From a virus (lineage: Duplodnaviria; Caudoviricetes): DNA of 35,480 bases. The translations under genes were made by a program, and so were the position numbers. The notes under the pieces are model-generated. The model was not told the DNA's origin, did not search any database, and saw nothing but the letters and a program-made list of their open reading frames with translations. Shown in pieces: positions 24,401-34,151 of the stretch (its first letter is position 1; every line of letters starts with the position of its first letter). The stretch is from IMG/VR virus record IMGVR_UViG_3300044300_000526, positions 1 through 35,480 of that record; one strand, written 5' to 3'.

Positions 24401-26140
24401 TGCAGCTGCTTTACTTATATAAGGTTCATCTATAGTTCTATATGCAGTATCTAAAGAACCTTCTTCTCTAAAATTCCACTGCAGTTCTTTCCACATCTTT
24501 TCCAAGTCTTCCATTGAAACTTGGTAATCACCTTTAACTTTATCATATTTAACAACACTACCGTCATAAGTAGCTCGTTGGAAATCTGCAGAACCATCAG
24601 CATTAACTACAGGATCAAACTCCCTCATAGCGTTTTCTGCTGATTGAACAAGACTCATGTTCTGGATAGGCAACCAAGGATCACCTTTACGTCCTCCTAT
24701 TTTCTGAGCAAGCTCAAAATAATCATTTATAGCTAACTCTCTTAAAGAAGGTCTTTCAGGCATATTTAAAATACCTTTAACATCTAAGAAATCATCATCA
24801 CCAAGATTACTAAAAGCTTCTCTCCAAAAAGTATCTTCATCAGTGACTTCAATCTCTGTAAAGTCAGCTTTACCTCGTTTTTTTAAATTGTTGATAAACC
24901 ATTCTGAAGGTTCTTTACCATCTATCAACCTAGCATATTCAGCTTGGTCTTCTAAAAGTAAATGTTTTAAAATATACTCATCTTTAGCGTTATTAGGGTT
25001 AATACCTTTACCGTATTCATAACGTACTTCAGATAAACGGTCTGCAACTGATTGATCGTTAACAACACCTTTACTTAATTCCTCATTAATTGTGTTGTTA
25101 AAGATTTTATCCCCTTCATTAAGGATTTCTTCTGTTAAAGATTTACCTGCTTTTTTTTGAGCAAGCATCCATCTTCCTGATTTCCAAGCACCTTTGACTA
25201 TACCACCAACAATATGACCAACATAATTAAAGCTAGTACCAACTAAAGCACCTTTAAACCTTTCAACATACCAAGTATCTTCAGGGTCAGCTGATAAAGC
25301 AGCTGTTAAATCAGGTAATAACCAAGGTGCGTGTTCTTCTGCAAGGTTAGCTAAGTTCTTACCTTCTGAAGAAGACATAACAAAATCAGCTATAACCCCG
25401 TCTGAACCAACTTGCCAAAGTCTTTTACCAACCTCACTAGCCCATCTACTATATCTATTAGACTGTATCATTGGGTTAGCAGCTCTAACAAGTTGTGTAT
25501 TACCTAGCATAGTACTTGCCTTACCTCTTGCTGGACCTAACGCCTTACCAGACCATCTAGTAAGAACCCAGAACTCTCCAATACCTCTAGCAAATTTACC
25601 TACAGCTGTTTGGTTTTCAGCAATAATTTTATTACTACCATCAAACCAACTTTCATACTCATCACTTGATGGGTCTTGATCTGGATTGACAGGTCTACCT
25701 AAAGCTTGATTTATTTGTTTTTTAAACTCATCTCCTGTTTTATCTACAGTTAACGCTACACTATTAGCTGCATCCTCAATAGCCCCCAGAGGTGCTCGGA
25801 TTACTTCTCTAGGTATAACGTCTACTAGATCAGTAGATTCATTTAAAGCGTCTTGACGGTCTTGTTCACCAGCAATACCAGCTACTTTCTGTCTTTGACG
25901 TTCAGCTAAAAGCTCTTCTTGTGTAGTTTGGTCTCCTTGGAAAGTATCATCAATCCAATTTCCTAATCTAGAACTTTGGTTATCTAAAAAGTTTTCTACA
26001 GGACCACTAGCCATACCTTCATTAGGACTGGGAGTAGTAAAGTCAAAACCACCTTGTTCAGCTTCAGTTTTTAATGCATTACTGTTAGTTTCCTGTTCAA
26101 CAAGATCTAGATTTTCATCCTTTTCAATTTCATTTGACAT
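21440..26140 (-). CDS. Internal virion (ejection) protein, gp16-like
   Basis: 1566 aa; syntenic position between gp15 and the tail fibre. Confidence 0.8.
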   Translation of the reverse strand: MSNEIEKDENLDLVEQETNSNALKTEAEQGGFDFTTPSPNEGMASGPVENFLDNQSSRLGNWIDDTFQGDQTTQEELLAERQRQKVAGIAGEQDRQDALNESTDLVDVIPREVIRAPLGAIEDAANSVALTVDKTGDEFKKQINQALGRPVNPDQDPSSDEYESWFDGSNKIIAENQTAVGKFARGIGEFWVLTRWSGKALGPARGKASTMLGNTQLVRAANPMIQSNRYSRWASEVGKRLWQVGSDGVIADFVMSSSEGKNLANLAEEHAPWLLPDLTAALSADPEDTWYVERFKGALVGTSFNYVGHIVGGIVKGAWKSGRWMLAQKKAGKSLTEEILNEGDKIFNNTINEELSKGVVNDQSVADRLSEVRYEYGKGINPNNAKDEYILKHLLLEDQAEYARLIDGKEPSEWFINNLKKRGKADFTEIEVTDEDTFWREAFSNLGDDDFLDVKGILNMPERPSLRELAINDYFELAQKIGGRKGDPWLPIQNMSLVQSAENAMREFDPVVNADGSADFQRATYDGSVVKYDKVKGDYQVSMEDLEKMWKELQWNFREEGSLDTAYRTIDEPYISKAAAGNKQLYDIYKEVADDMDQISMGMKEADYKMTVEADIELARPFMEPIAKFIDGKDVDIVKEYKRILKSLRAKGGTDKITYDFIRDPSDVTKSGRVRTKRVVVPGVSQMRANLFILHSLGKITAKLAKNTLDLNNDLPLTRNWEMFTDLMKVMYVENKLWGFHWGKQGQGAQAGVAEVFAQWKKPPKAKYAEIQQEADEIFTELENLYKAGDKEAVNDLLQMALMTNGQVTSLTQIPEYLGRKLLNRPGAKGMATFTGQLEQVPARTIDELYQTVIQSWLGHPKTAVNALFMTNALNMARTLEGWIGANLPWRKYTFKESELVGTIYEGMNYSQFKKAKIQLLGIQWSSLQRAQFEAWEMFKRNWEINQKPKVFDEDGKVIFRKPDYGSKFDDNTDNAQWENLGHFYEKYGTEMQKKGYGLVNSLYKINKVPLMRANRSVMNAGDAYTRTIIGRQQMAVSAAEQAIKDGLDLDDLPEFIKKNDEIFREKIFRKNKDDMWVVKDPRATAIGDEVTLMKQIPEQFKGFQVLERNPWTNRFFAFMRPSFNNAGNVFDRTPLKVFTEQYRDIVEIGSAESAQRWNLSLDDLPRARDEMVGRMALGTTLAGIVWGLALNGHIIGDYPADEADRKLWKLNKIQPNSVAIPKPYNPLTQEKGANGWIYVSFGRSDIAGTLFSMVANGAYYADVMGEDYFTQWESKMAWYFGMAVADVGVIQSASDLSSLFDTGTGNMPNPERSFAKLFRPQLGVGGQSRFLADLFDNTQKESNTFLEYVRQQDIIFKSNVPNDYDILGKNRGRGNVQPLRNGPHNPLLRLFNSLSPFTITSTEGDNVKKTLLDIRYNLGAEVSTLKGVPLNSQEKSDLKLVLAEDKEFRTDLEQMISSDLWQRNMNKYIELNKKNEDGWKAQENWFYTQIGSIFERAKDRATETLKDEERFPEYNNNSADSLFNRITVRGYQKDAASTSDTAYSESLYNQIEKIRKYGTTGVAPQ

Positions 26141-29100
26141 TACTTTAATACTCCAGCTCTTCTAAGGTTTTCTAAATAAGTATCAGTATATGACCATACT
26201 GTAGGGTTGGTGTAGTTATTCATATCTCCTGTGATAATCAACGCTGTGTTTAATCTAACTGCAAGGTGTAAATCACCTTTAGCTGTTTCCACAGCTGTAG
26301 GCCAAGACTGTTCATTTAACCATAACCAGACTTTATCTTGCATTGCTTCATTGTTGATAAACTCTTTTTTAGATACAGGAAATCTTCTACCCAAAGCATG
26401 ACGACTGGCTCTTGGTAATAGATTAGCACGAAGAGGGTATTTACCTATAAAACCTTCTCCATTATCTATTGTTTTACCAATAGAAAGTCTGTCCAACTCA
26501 TCTGTAGGATCTACTTGTTTACCATCAACTATTTTTTCAAGATGTAAATGTTCACCTTTAGACCTACCTGTAGTACCAATCTCACCTATAATCTGCCCAT
26601 TATAACTAGAACCTACTGTTAATTCTGGATTATAGTTTTTTAAATGAGCAAAACGATAAACATTTCCAGTTTCGTTATCACGAATATCAAGATAATTACC
26701 GTAATTAACATGAGATTGATTAGCTATAACCTCACCATCTGTTATAGCAAAAGCTGTTTGCCAACCTTTTGTATAAGTAGTACCGATATCAATACCTGTA
26801 TGCATTACGTTTTTCTCACCCGTTGTAGGATGATCCCGTAAACCAAACTGATCAGTAACACCAATAAGCCTATGACCTGTGAATTTCTCACCATCTATAA
26901 TTTCAGTTTGACCTGCTTGTAAGAACAGACCAGGGGCTGTTATCCTGTTTCTTAAAATCCCATCTTCATAATCAAGGAAATGGTTTTTTAAAATAACTGG
27001 ACTTAAAGGTAAACATTCGTCACAAGCTTTTAAAACAATTTTAGAATCAGCATTACCTTTAGATGATAAATCTAAAACTTCTTTAGTTGAATTAGATGTT
27101 TGAGCATTATCTTTTATAAGTTGATTACCTTCATCTTCATCAACCTCCTGTTCGTCAAACGTACCTTTAGGGAATAGTTGTTTCTGAGCTTCTATAAAAT
27201 CATTTTCACTAATACCAAGAAGTCGAGACACTCTTTGAACTAAAGGGTCATCAGAATAACCATTTTGATTAAGAGTTAATCTACTAGGATCTTTGATCCA
27301 TAATTCTTTAGTTGCTAATCTACGACCATTTTTTCCATTAGATTTTCTTGTTACGTTTTTCCATACTTCTAAATCTTCTAAGCCAGTATAAAATGGATTA
27401 ACATTTGCCTTATCAAAATATTTAAAACCTTCTCCACTTGTAACGTACCATCTAGATGCTGGATCTGATTTACCAGCTTGTACTTCTCCATACATCTCAC
27501 CCCAAGCTTGGTCATAAGCAGTTTGGTAAGTCATTGTAACGTTATTCTGGTTAGCTGTACGCACAATACCTAACGCTTTCTGATTAACTTCCCAGTTAAA
27601 TTGATCTAAAGCTTCTTGTTCATTACCATGTAGTATTACAACTCCAGCTTGTTTATTTATTGTTTGAAATATTTTCTTTGCAGCACCTTCTTTAACTCTA
27701 ATATGATCTTTATGGACTTCAGTGTAAGGTTGATCCATAATCTCTAGTTTATTATCTTCAATATAATCTTCAGCAACTTTCATGTTTACTTGGTCAAGAT
27801 CTGATAATTTTACAACACCACCATTACTTTCTAAAGATCGTTTAATAGCAAGTATAGTATCAGAATCACTTAAAGTTGGAATAAAGAATTTTTCCATTAA
27901 ATTAGTTATTTCCCCAGCTGCATAAGGATATTCTTTATATAAACTACCTTTAAATAATAGCATTTCCTCAGAATAATCATTGATACTATCCCCAGTATCT
28001 GCCATCTTTTTAGCTATTTCTTCACTTTTATTTATAATAGCTAAGGTTACAGCTTGTTTTTGTCCACTAACTTCTCTAGCATAACGCTTAGACATTTCTT
28101 CAGTAAATATAGCATTAATAGCGTCTTTACCAAATAAACTTTTATCTATTTCTGCTAAAGTTTTAGCACCCATAGATGTATCTAACTTTAATGTTGTAGC
28201 TACCTTAAGAAAATTCTCTTTAACTAATTGAGGGTTTGCAGATCTACCAATAACATCTTTAAATGTAGTACTTATGTGTCCTTTTAGTAAAGCACCTTTA
28301 CTTTTAGTTGCTGTAGCAGTTAAGTATGGTCTAAGACGAGCTTCAAGTGTAGATAAATCAGTAGTTAAACTAGCTGCACCAGGAAGCATCTCCATAGAAG
28401 CAGCTAAATGATTAGTTATAGCTGCTATTTGATTCTCTTTAAACTCAAGATCTATAGCATCATATCTAGTTTTAAGCTCTTTAGATATAGCTTTTTTAGC
28501 TGGTTTACCTATAAGTTCAGCTACAGTTATATCCCCTAAAGTACCTCTTTCTTTTTCAATAAACTCATTAAGTAAATAACCAGATGCAAATCGTAATTGA
28601 TCTTTATCTTTTGCATCTTTAATCATCCAAGGTACATCATCATCCTTTCTTTGTAAAAGAATTTCACTTGTATCTAATTCAGCTTTCAACTTAGCAGCAA
28701 AACCGTCTACTGCTAATGATGCTCTTTTAGATTCATACCCAAACTTATAAGCACCAGAAAATATACCACGAGCTTTATTGGCTTTATCAAGCTCACCTAA
28801 TTTTTCTAATGGTTCAGCTATTTCTTTTTCAACTTTAGTTGATATTTCAATATTTTTATTAGAAGCTTCTGTTATCTCTTCAAGTTTTTGATTAGTATTA
28901 GTCGTTATTGTTTCAGTAGGACGCTCATCTTCTAATATAGCATCTGCAGCACCTTCAGCTCTAGCTTGATCTTGTGCAGTTTTAGCTATACTTGTGACTG
29001 TTTTAGTCATAAAGTTTTTAAAAGTAGCAGACATATCCGCTGCTTTTTGTGCCTCATACTTATCTAAACCAGTTTGTACTTGGAAGATTCTACTAGCTTC

Positions 29101-29265
29101 TGCTTCTAATTCTTTAGCAGATTGAACTCTTTTTTTAGTTTCTTCGTCTGCTCTTTTAGCTAATTGAATAGCTCTTTGTTCTGCTACTTTAGCATCTCTA
29201 GTTGGAACACTACGCTGAACGTATCCAGTCTGCCAGTCCCCTTGCCTTTGAAAGCCTTTAGCCAT
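26140..29265 (-). CDS. Internal virion protein, gp15-like, with a C-terminal M23 peptidase domain
   Basis: Synteny; FGLRDHP...HTGID...YGNY...FAHL...GTTGRSKGEHLHLE motifs. Confidence 0.85.
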   Translation of the reverse strand: MAKGFQRQGDWQTGYVQRSVPTRDAKVAEQRAIQLAKRADEETKKRVQSAKELEAEASRIFQVQTGLDKYEAQKAADMSATFKNFMTKTVTSIAKTAQDQARAEGAADAILEDERPTETITTNTNQKLEEITEASNKNIEISTKVEKEIAEPLEKLGELDKANKARGIFSGAYKFGYESKRASLAVDGFAAKLKAELDTSEILLQRKDDDVPWMIKDAKDKDQLRFASGYLLNEFIEKERGTLGDITVAELIGKPAKKAISKELKTRYDAIDLEFKENQIAAITNHLAASMEMLPGAASLTTDLSTLEARLRPYLTATATKSKGALLKGHISTTFKDVIGRSANPQLVKENFLKVATTLKLDTSMGAKTLAEIDKSLFGKDAINAIFTEEMSKRYAREVSGQKQAVTLAIINKSEEIAKKMADTGDSINDYSEEMLLFKGSLYKEYPYAAGEITNLMEKFFIPTLSDSDTILAIKRSLESNGGVVKLSDLDQVNMKVAEDYIEDNKLEIMDQPYTEVHKDHIRVKEGAAKKIFQTINKQAGVVILHGNEQEALDQFNWEVNQKALGIVRTANQNNVTMTYQTAYDQAWGEMYGEVQAGKSDPASRWYVTSGEGFKYFDKANVNPFYTGLEDLEVWKNVTRKSNGKNGRRLATKELWIKDPSRLTLNQNGYSDDPLVQRVSRLLGISENDFIEAQKQLFPKGTFDEQEVDEDEGNQLIKDNAQTSNSTKEVLDLSSKGNADSKIVLKACDECLPLSPVILKNHFLDYEDGILRNRITAPGLFLQAGQTEIIDGEKFTGHRLIGVTDQFGLRDHPTTGEKNVMHTGIDIGTTYTKGWQTAFAITDGEVIANQSHVNYGNYLDIRDNETGNVYRFAHLKNYNPELTVGSSYNGQIIGEIGTTGRSKGEHLHLEKIVDGKQVDPTDELDRLSIGKTIDNGEGFIGKYPLRANLLPRASRHALGRRFPVSKKEFINNEAMQDKVWLWLNEQSWPTAVETAKGDLHLAVRLNTALIITGDMNNYTNPTVWSYTDTYLENLRRAGVLK

Positions 29266-29282
29266 TGTTTGTTTTTAGTTAA

Positions 29283-30020
29283 TTATGTTTTCCACCAAGC
29301 AGATGTACCGTCAGCATGACCGATACCATGACCGACTGCTACGCCAGCTGTAACACCAGACATTATAGAACCAAGCATACTTGGTTTCTCTGGATCTGCT
29401 TGTTTGATTGGTTCAACTGGTGCAAACGAAGCGGTTGGTGCAAATAATGGTCCAGCAGGTAAAGCATTAATAGCTCTAGAATCAGCTGCATATTGTGAAA
29501 GTCTATTACCATATTCTGCCATAGCAAATGATTGGTTTGCATTAAACAAACTAGCGTTAACAGCTGCCTGTTCAAATCCTAACTGTCTTTCTACATCTTG
29601 TAGTTCAAGCATCATAGACTGTCCAGCTTGCATACCACTTGCTAGTACAGTTCCTTGTGCTTTAATAGACTGAGCTAGTTTTTCTTGTCCTGAGAACTGA
29701 GCTTCAGTTACTTTTTCATTTAACTTTAATTGGTTAGATAGACTTGCTCTAGTAGCTTCTTGTTGGTTGATTTGAAGTTGTTTAGAAAGACTATTCCTAG
29801 CTATTGCTTGTGCTTCTAACTGTGCTTCAAATACTCTTGTTTTCTGCTGGTCTTTATAAGATGCAATGTTTAATTGATTCTCATGCTGCATCTTAGCCAT
29901 TGCATTTGACCGATCAACAGCTGCTTTCTGTGCTCTCCATTGAGCCATCTTAGCTTGCCGATCAGCAGCAGCAGTTCCAACACCAGCAACTGCAGCTAAT
30001 GCGATTGTGGGTGAACACAT
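29283..30020 (-). CDS. Internal virion protein, gp14-like
   Basis: MCSP start, Ala/Gln-rich helical composition, synteny. Confidence 0.8.
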   Translation of the reverse strand: MCSPTIALAAVAGVGTAAADRQAKMAQWRAQKAAVDRSNAMAKMQHENQLNIASYKDQQKTRVFEAQLEAQAIARNSLSKQLQINQQEATRASLSNQLKLNEKVTEAQFSGQEKLAQSIKAQGTVLASGMQAGQSMMLELQDVERQLGFEQAAVNASLFNANQSFAMAEYGNRLSQYAADSRAINALPAGPLFAPTASFAPVEPIKQADPEKPSMLGSIMSGVTAGVAVGHGIGHADGTSAWWKT

Positions 30021-30451
30021 AATTTCATAAATTCTATAATAGGAACTTTATTATATACTTGGTATTTTAAAAACTTAAAGCCTAAAAGCTTAAGTAATTT
30101 AATGTGTGCTTCATTACGCATATCTGCATAATTAAATAAATAAGGATTGGGTAAAGAATCTACCCAGCGTTTAGCTTCTCTTACAAGCGTATGAGGAAAC
30201 TCTGTACTGGCCTCAGTACATAACATCCATATTGCATTTGTAGGGGTTACACCCGCCACTCCAGCAGCCTTGCCGTTGGGAACCTTAAAATATACTGAAA
30301 CTGCTGAATCAAAATAAGCTTGGACACAAGCAGCTTCACCACACATTTTTACTGTTTCTTCTACCTCACGTCTGTCTTCCCAGCGGAGGTTCAACCCCAC
30401 ACTTAGAGCTAACTCTGGAGTGCAGGGTTGTATATACTTACCTTCGTACAT
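29996..30451 (-). CDS. gp13-like protein (GNAT-like fold)
   Basis: LRWEDRREV, IWMLCT and N..HIKLLKLLGF motifs; follows tail tube B. Confidence 0.8.
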   Translation of the reverse strand: MYEGKYIQPCTPELALSVGLNLRWEDRREVEETVKMCGEAACVQAYFDSAVSVYFKVPNGKAAGVAGVTPTNAIWMLCTEASTEFPHTLVREAKRWVDSLPNPYLFNYADMRNEAHIKLLKLLGFKFLKYQVYNKVPIIEFMKLCVHPQSH

Positions 30452-33400
30452 GTCTTTTTTGGTTATATATGCCGTCCCAGCTTGCTGAGATTAAAGCGGT
30501 GGAAAAAGGGTCTGGTATTTTTATTTGTAATTTATACTTTTCATTTTTCTTTTGTACAGGTACTCTAACAGACTTATTAAGTTCTGAAGGTGGTTCACCA
30601 AAGTTTGCTAAACCAGTTTTCATACCTGATTCATATTGAATATAATCATCAAACTCAGGAGTAGAAGTACCCGAAGAATTAACGTAAGAGTTTTTAGCTG
30701 TTAAATGGAACTCCATTGGTCCTGAAACACCTAACTCAAAGTTAAGACCAGATACCCTTAAGGCACCGTTAACGTCATACTTATTAGCGTCAGTAGCTGC
30801 ATAATAACTAGGAAGTTCTATAGTACTTGTGTACCCATATCCTACAGCTACCTCCCACCCAGTCATATTAATATTATTAAAGGTGGCAGTATTGGTACCT
30901 ACAGAATCAGCTTTAACAACCATACCTGCATTAGTACCATTTAAACCAATCGCATAGAAGTTTGTAGCAGCTGTGGGTGTGTAAGCTAAAGTTAATACAG
31001 TTTTTTCAGGGGCTGTTGTACTTTGAGTTGAATATGCTATATTAGAAGGTATAGTCATATTATCTAAGCAAGCTTCAAACCACCTAGCTGTGTATAACGG
31101 TGAGCCTACATTAGCTTCAGTACCGCCTACAGTATAACTTCTAGTAGCTGTAGCATCTGTTATATACTCATGTCTAGATAATATATAGTCACTTCCTTGT
31201 TTGGTAACAACATGGAAATTACCACCAGTATAAGTCATATGCTGTAACGTACCCGTTAAAGTCCAGCTATACCATGCAGATTGATCTCTTCTTTCTCCAG
31301 AATCAAAATATTTATAATGATAAAGTTCAGATGAATTTTTCTTACCAAAAGTTACGATACCTAATGCACTAGAGTTAGCTGATATTGTGATATCTTTTGG
31401 TATGTATTCTGGTACAACTCTAGTTTGTTCTAAAACTTTAGGTGGTATATCATCATCTACTATAACTGCTTCATAAGCTCTAGTATAAGCAGCCACACTA
31501 GAAGTAAACATAACTGACGTACCCAGATCTCTAGGTTGTATAGATGAATCACATTCATAACTAGATAGTTTTTTTAACCTAGCAGTTTTAGGACTAAAGA
31601 TGTCTGACTCAGTAAATAATAGGAACTGAGCATTATCACTAAACATCATCACCCCTTTTTGCATTTGGAGTACTTGATTTATAAAAGCAGGTTTAGTGTC
31701 AGAGACAGTAATATCAATAGGATTATCATCTGATGTAGTAATAGCGGAGACAACAAATAAATTAAAGAAATCGTTAGGACGACTTAAAACAATCTGTTCA
31801 TTTGAAATAAAACCTAATCTATTTCTATGAAAAAATATTTCCTGAATTTCTGAGCCATTAAAACTAGGGAATGGATTACTTGTATCATCACCTACTTCTC
31901 TATATTTCCAGTAATTATCAGTAGAACCTTTACTTGCTTCATCTAATTTTTTAAAACTAAATGTACCATTTCTATTATTAATCAAAGCATGTGGCATAGT
32001 AGCAGGATTTAAACCTTTAACTGTAGAACCGTTAAAACCGTTTGGTTTAACACATTCTTCCCATCTACCAGTACCGCTTCCTCCATTATCAGCTATAAAT
32101 TTCAAGTAGTAATCATCTGAATCACTATTTTCAGTGTTACTAATTTGAACAACATAACCATCCTTACATTGAGAAGGCAGTCGTCCTACATCTAATGCCG
32201 TTTGACCTATAATAGTCATACCTTCATTAACAGCACCACCTAAAAAGTGTAGATTTGTACTACTGTTATGTTGAATAAAGATACCATTACCAATAACTTC
32301 AGCAGAGCTTACTCCACTAATATTAGTTACAGAACTAGCTAATTCTCTCAAGACAATAGCCATACTTAAAGCACCGTCATCTGGTGCTGTCGGGGAAGCG
32401 TAAAGTCCTACACCAGGTTCACCTCTATAAGTTTTAACTACTTCGGTTTCAGTAATTTTAACTGTATAACCTACACCTCCAATATTAATAGCAATAGTCT
32501 GTCCGTCAGGATTAGAGGAATACAAACCACCATGCGTTAAAGTTGTGTTTGAAGTGTATCTAATTCTATACCTAGCTTTATATCCTATAAAATTACTACC
32601 AACCGTATTAGAGTTTTCTTCAGACTGACCATCTAAACCATTCATAATAGTAGCACCAGCATCTGATTGATACTGAGGGTCGTGTTTATAAATAAAACTA
32701 GCACCGTTTACTGTAACATAACCTTTAGCTTGGTTAACACAACCACTACCTGTATAAGCCCAACCTTGTCCACCTGAATCTGGTGGAGTGCTAGGGTTTG
32801 ATGCAGCTGTATTGGTATCATTAGGTATTGTATAATCCCACGATGTTTCGTTTTCACCAGATGTATTATGATAAACTTTTACAGCTGTTACTTTATAATA
32901 ATTATTCATATCAGGTGCTGAACTACCTGAATAAATCACATACTCAGTGTTATAAGCAACTGTATCTAAGCGTACAAAAGAATAATTACCACTATTGATA
33001 GGACTAAAAGTACTACCTGTGGTACCTACAGTTTTATTAGGATTAGTTATAAGAGTATAATCTTGTACTGTTTGTATAGCATAAGGTTTAGTAGCTCCAG
33101 ATAAATAAGAAAATAAAGAATCTCCACTACTATTAGTTAAGCTAAGTTCAGTACCCGCAGCTTGTCCACTTTCAAGATCAGTTAAAGCCCATATTCTTAT
33201 AGGATGGCTACCAGTATTTGCGGGTGTGATTTGTACTAAATATTTTTCATCACCATCTCTTAATATTTCATACCAATATCCAGTATCATTAGCATTAGTT
33301 AGTTTTTTAACAAACTCCCCAGGAGGTCGTTTCATCAACCCGAAAGTCACGTCAGGGACAGCATTATCACATACTCTGACCTGTCCAGGAAATTTAATTG

Positions 33401-33461
33401 TGTCGGGTTGTTGAGATACTCCCCCTAGAAAGTTAGGAATACGTTGATTAATTGCTGGCAT
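30438..33461 (-). CDS. Tail tubular protein B (T7 gp12-like nozzle)
   Basis: IPNFLGGVSQQPD, GLMKRP, TMPHAL, FHRNRLGF and QSAW motifs. Confidence 0.93.
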   Translation of the reverse strand: MPAINQRIPNFLGGVSQQPDTIKFPGQVRVCDNAVPDVTFGLMKRPPGEFVKKLTNANDTGYWYEILRDGDEKYLVQITPANTGSHPIRIWALTDLESGQAAGTELSLTNSSGDSLFSYLSGATKPYAIQTVQDYTLITNPNKTVGTTGSTFSPINSGNYSFVRLDTVAYNTEYVIYSGSSAPDMNNYYKVTAVKVYHNTSGENETSWDYTIPNDTNTAASNPSTPPDSGGQGWAYTGSGCVNQAKGYVTVNGASFIYKHDPQYQSDAGATIMNGLDGQSEENSNTVGSNFIGYKARYRIRYTSNTTLTHGGLYSSNPDGQTIAINIGGVGYTVKITETEVVKTYRGEPGVGLYASPTAPDDGALSMAIVLRELASSVTNISGVSSAEVIGNGIFIQHNSSTNLHFLGGAVNEGMTIIGQTALDVGRLPSQCKDGYVVQISNTENSDSDDYYLKFIADNGGSGTGRWEECVKPNGFNGSTVKGLNPATMPHALINNRNGTFSFKKLDEASKGSTDNYWKYREVGDDTSNPFPSFNGSEIQEIFFHRNRLGFISNEQIVLSRPNDFFNLFVVSAITTSDDNPIDITVSDTKPAFINQVLQMQKGVMMFSDNAQFLLFTESDIFSPKTARLKKLSSYECDSSIQPRDLGTSVMFTSSVAAYTRAYEAVIVDDDIPPKVLEQTRVVPEYIPKDITISANSSALGIVTFGKKNSSELYHYKYFDSGERRDQSAWYSWTLTGTLQHMTYTGGNFHVVTKQGSDYILSRHEYITDATATRSYTVGGTEANVGSPLYTARWFEACLDNMTIPSNIAYSTQSTTAPEKTVLTLAYTPTAATNFYAIGLNGTNAGMVVKADSVGTNTATFNNINMTGWEVAVGYGYTSTIELPSYYAATDANKYDVNGALRVSGLNFELGVSGPMEFHLTAKNSYVNSSGTSTPEFDDYIQYESGMKTGLANFGEPPSELNKSVRVPVQKKNEKYKLQIKIPDPFSTALISASWDGIYNQKRHVRR

Positions 33462-34105
33462 TACCTTCTCTGTAGAACTTTATATGGTCGGTAAATAGTA
33501 CTAGCATTTGTTCTACCTTCTTGGTTATTGAAGATATTATAGTCACCTTGGTTGGTGTCATACTCTAATGCTACAGCCCTTGCTTGAGCCTCATCTTGTG
33601 CGATAAGCTCTGCAGCCTGTGGGTTGTTTACCATGCGGTTAGAAGCGATTCTCGAAGCTCTGACGGTTATATAATCTTGGAACACCTGTGGGATATCTTC
33701 AAAAGGTGTCATCCAAATTACATCTACATATATTTTATCATCAGTTGCATTTTTAAATTCAAAAGTATGGTCATGTAAATCATATAATTTACTGATACCG
33801 TTATCTTTTTTTCTAATAGTATCGTAACTATCAGGGTGCTTAAAGCGGTTAAGGTCTATTTGTAATACATTGTTAGGTATTAAACAATGGTTATTACTAT
33901 CTAAATCAATAGGATATTGTGTTTCAGTATTGAATTTCCAGCCTTCTGATAATATCTCACGGCAGACTTGCTGCAGAGTTTTCTGTGCAATAGCCACTTC
34001 AGGACTTTGTACATCTAAAGTATTAACAGGTGACTCTCCAACACTCATCAGTATAGAATTTACTGCCTCCAGTTCTGTGGACGCTGCATATGATATCTGT
34101 GCCAT
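33461..34105 (-). CDS. Tail tubular protein A (T7 gp11-like)
   Basis: TELEAVNSILMSVGESPV and GWKFNTE motifs; start set at MAQIS (34105), after the terminator. Confidence 0.93.
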   Translation of the reverse strand: MAQISYAASTELEAVNSILMSVGESPVNTLDVQSPEVAIAQKTLQQVCREILSEGWKFNTETQYPIDLDSNNHCLIPNNVLQIDLNRFKHPDSYDTIRKKDNGISKLYDLHDHTFEFKNATDDKIYVDVIWMTPFEDIPQVFQDYITVRASRIASNRMVNNPQAAELIAQDEAQARAVALEYDTNQGDYNIFNNQEGRTNASTIYRPYKVLQRR

Positions 34106-34111
34106 AAGAAT

Positions 34112-34136
34112 AAAAAAAGGGGACCGAAGCCCCCCT
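34112..34136 (-). terminator. Intrinsic terminator after the capsid gene (T-phi equivalent)
   Basis: Minus strand AGGGGGGC-TTCG-GTCCCC followed by T7; UUCG tetraloop. Confidence 0.88.
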
Positions 34137-34151
34137 GTATAAATGTTTGAA

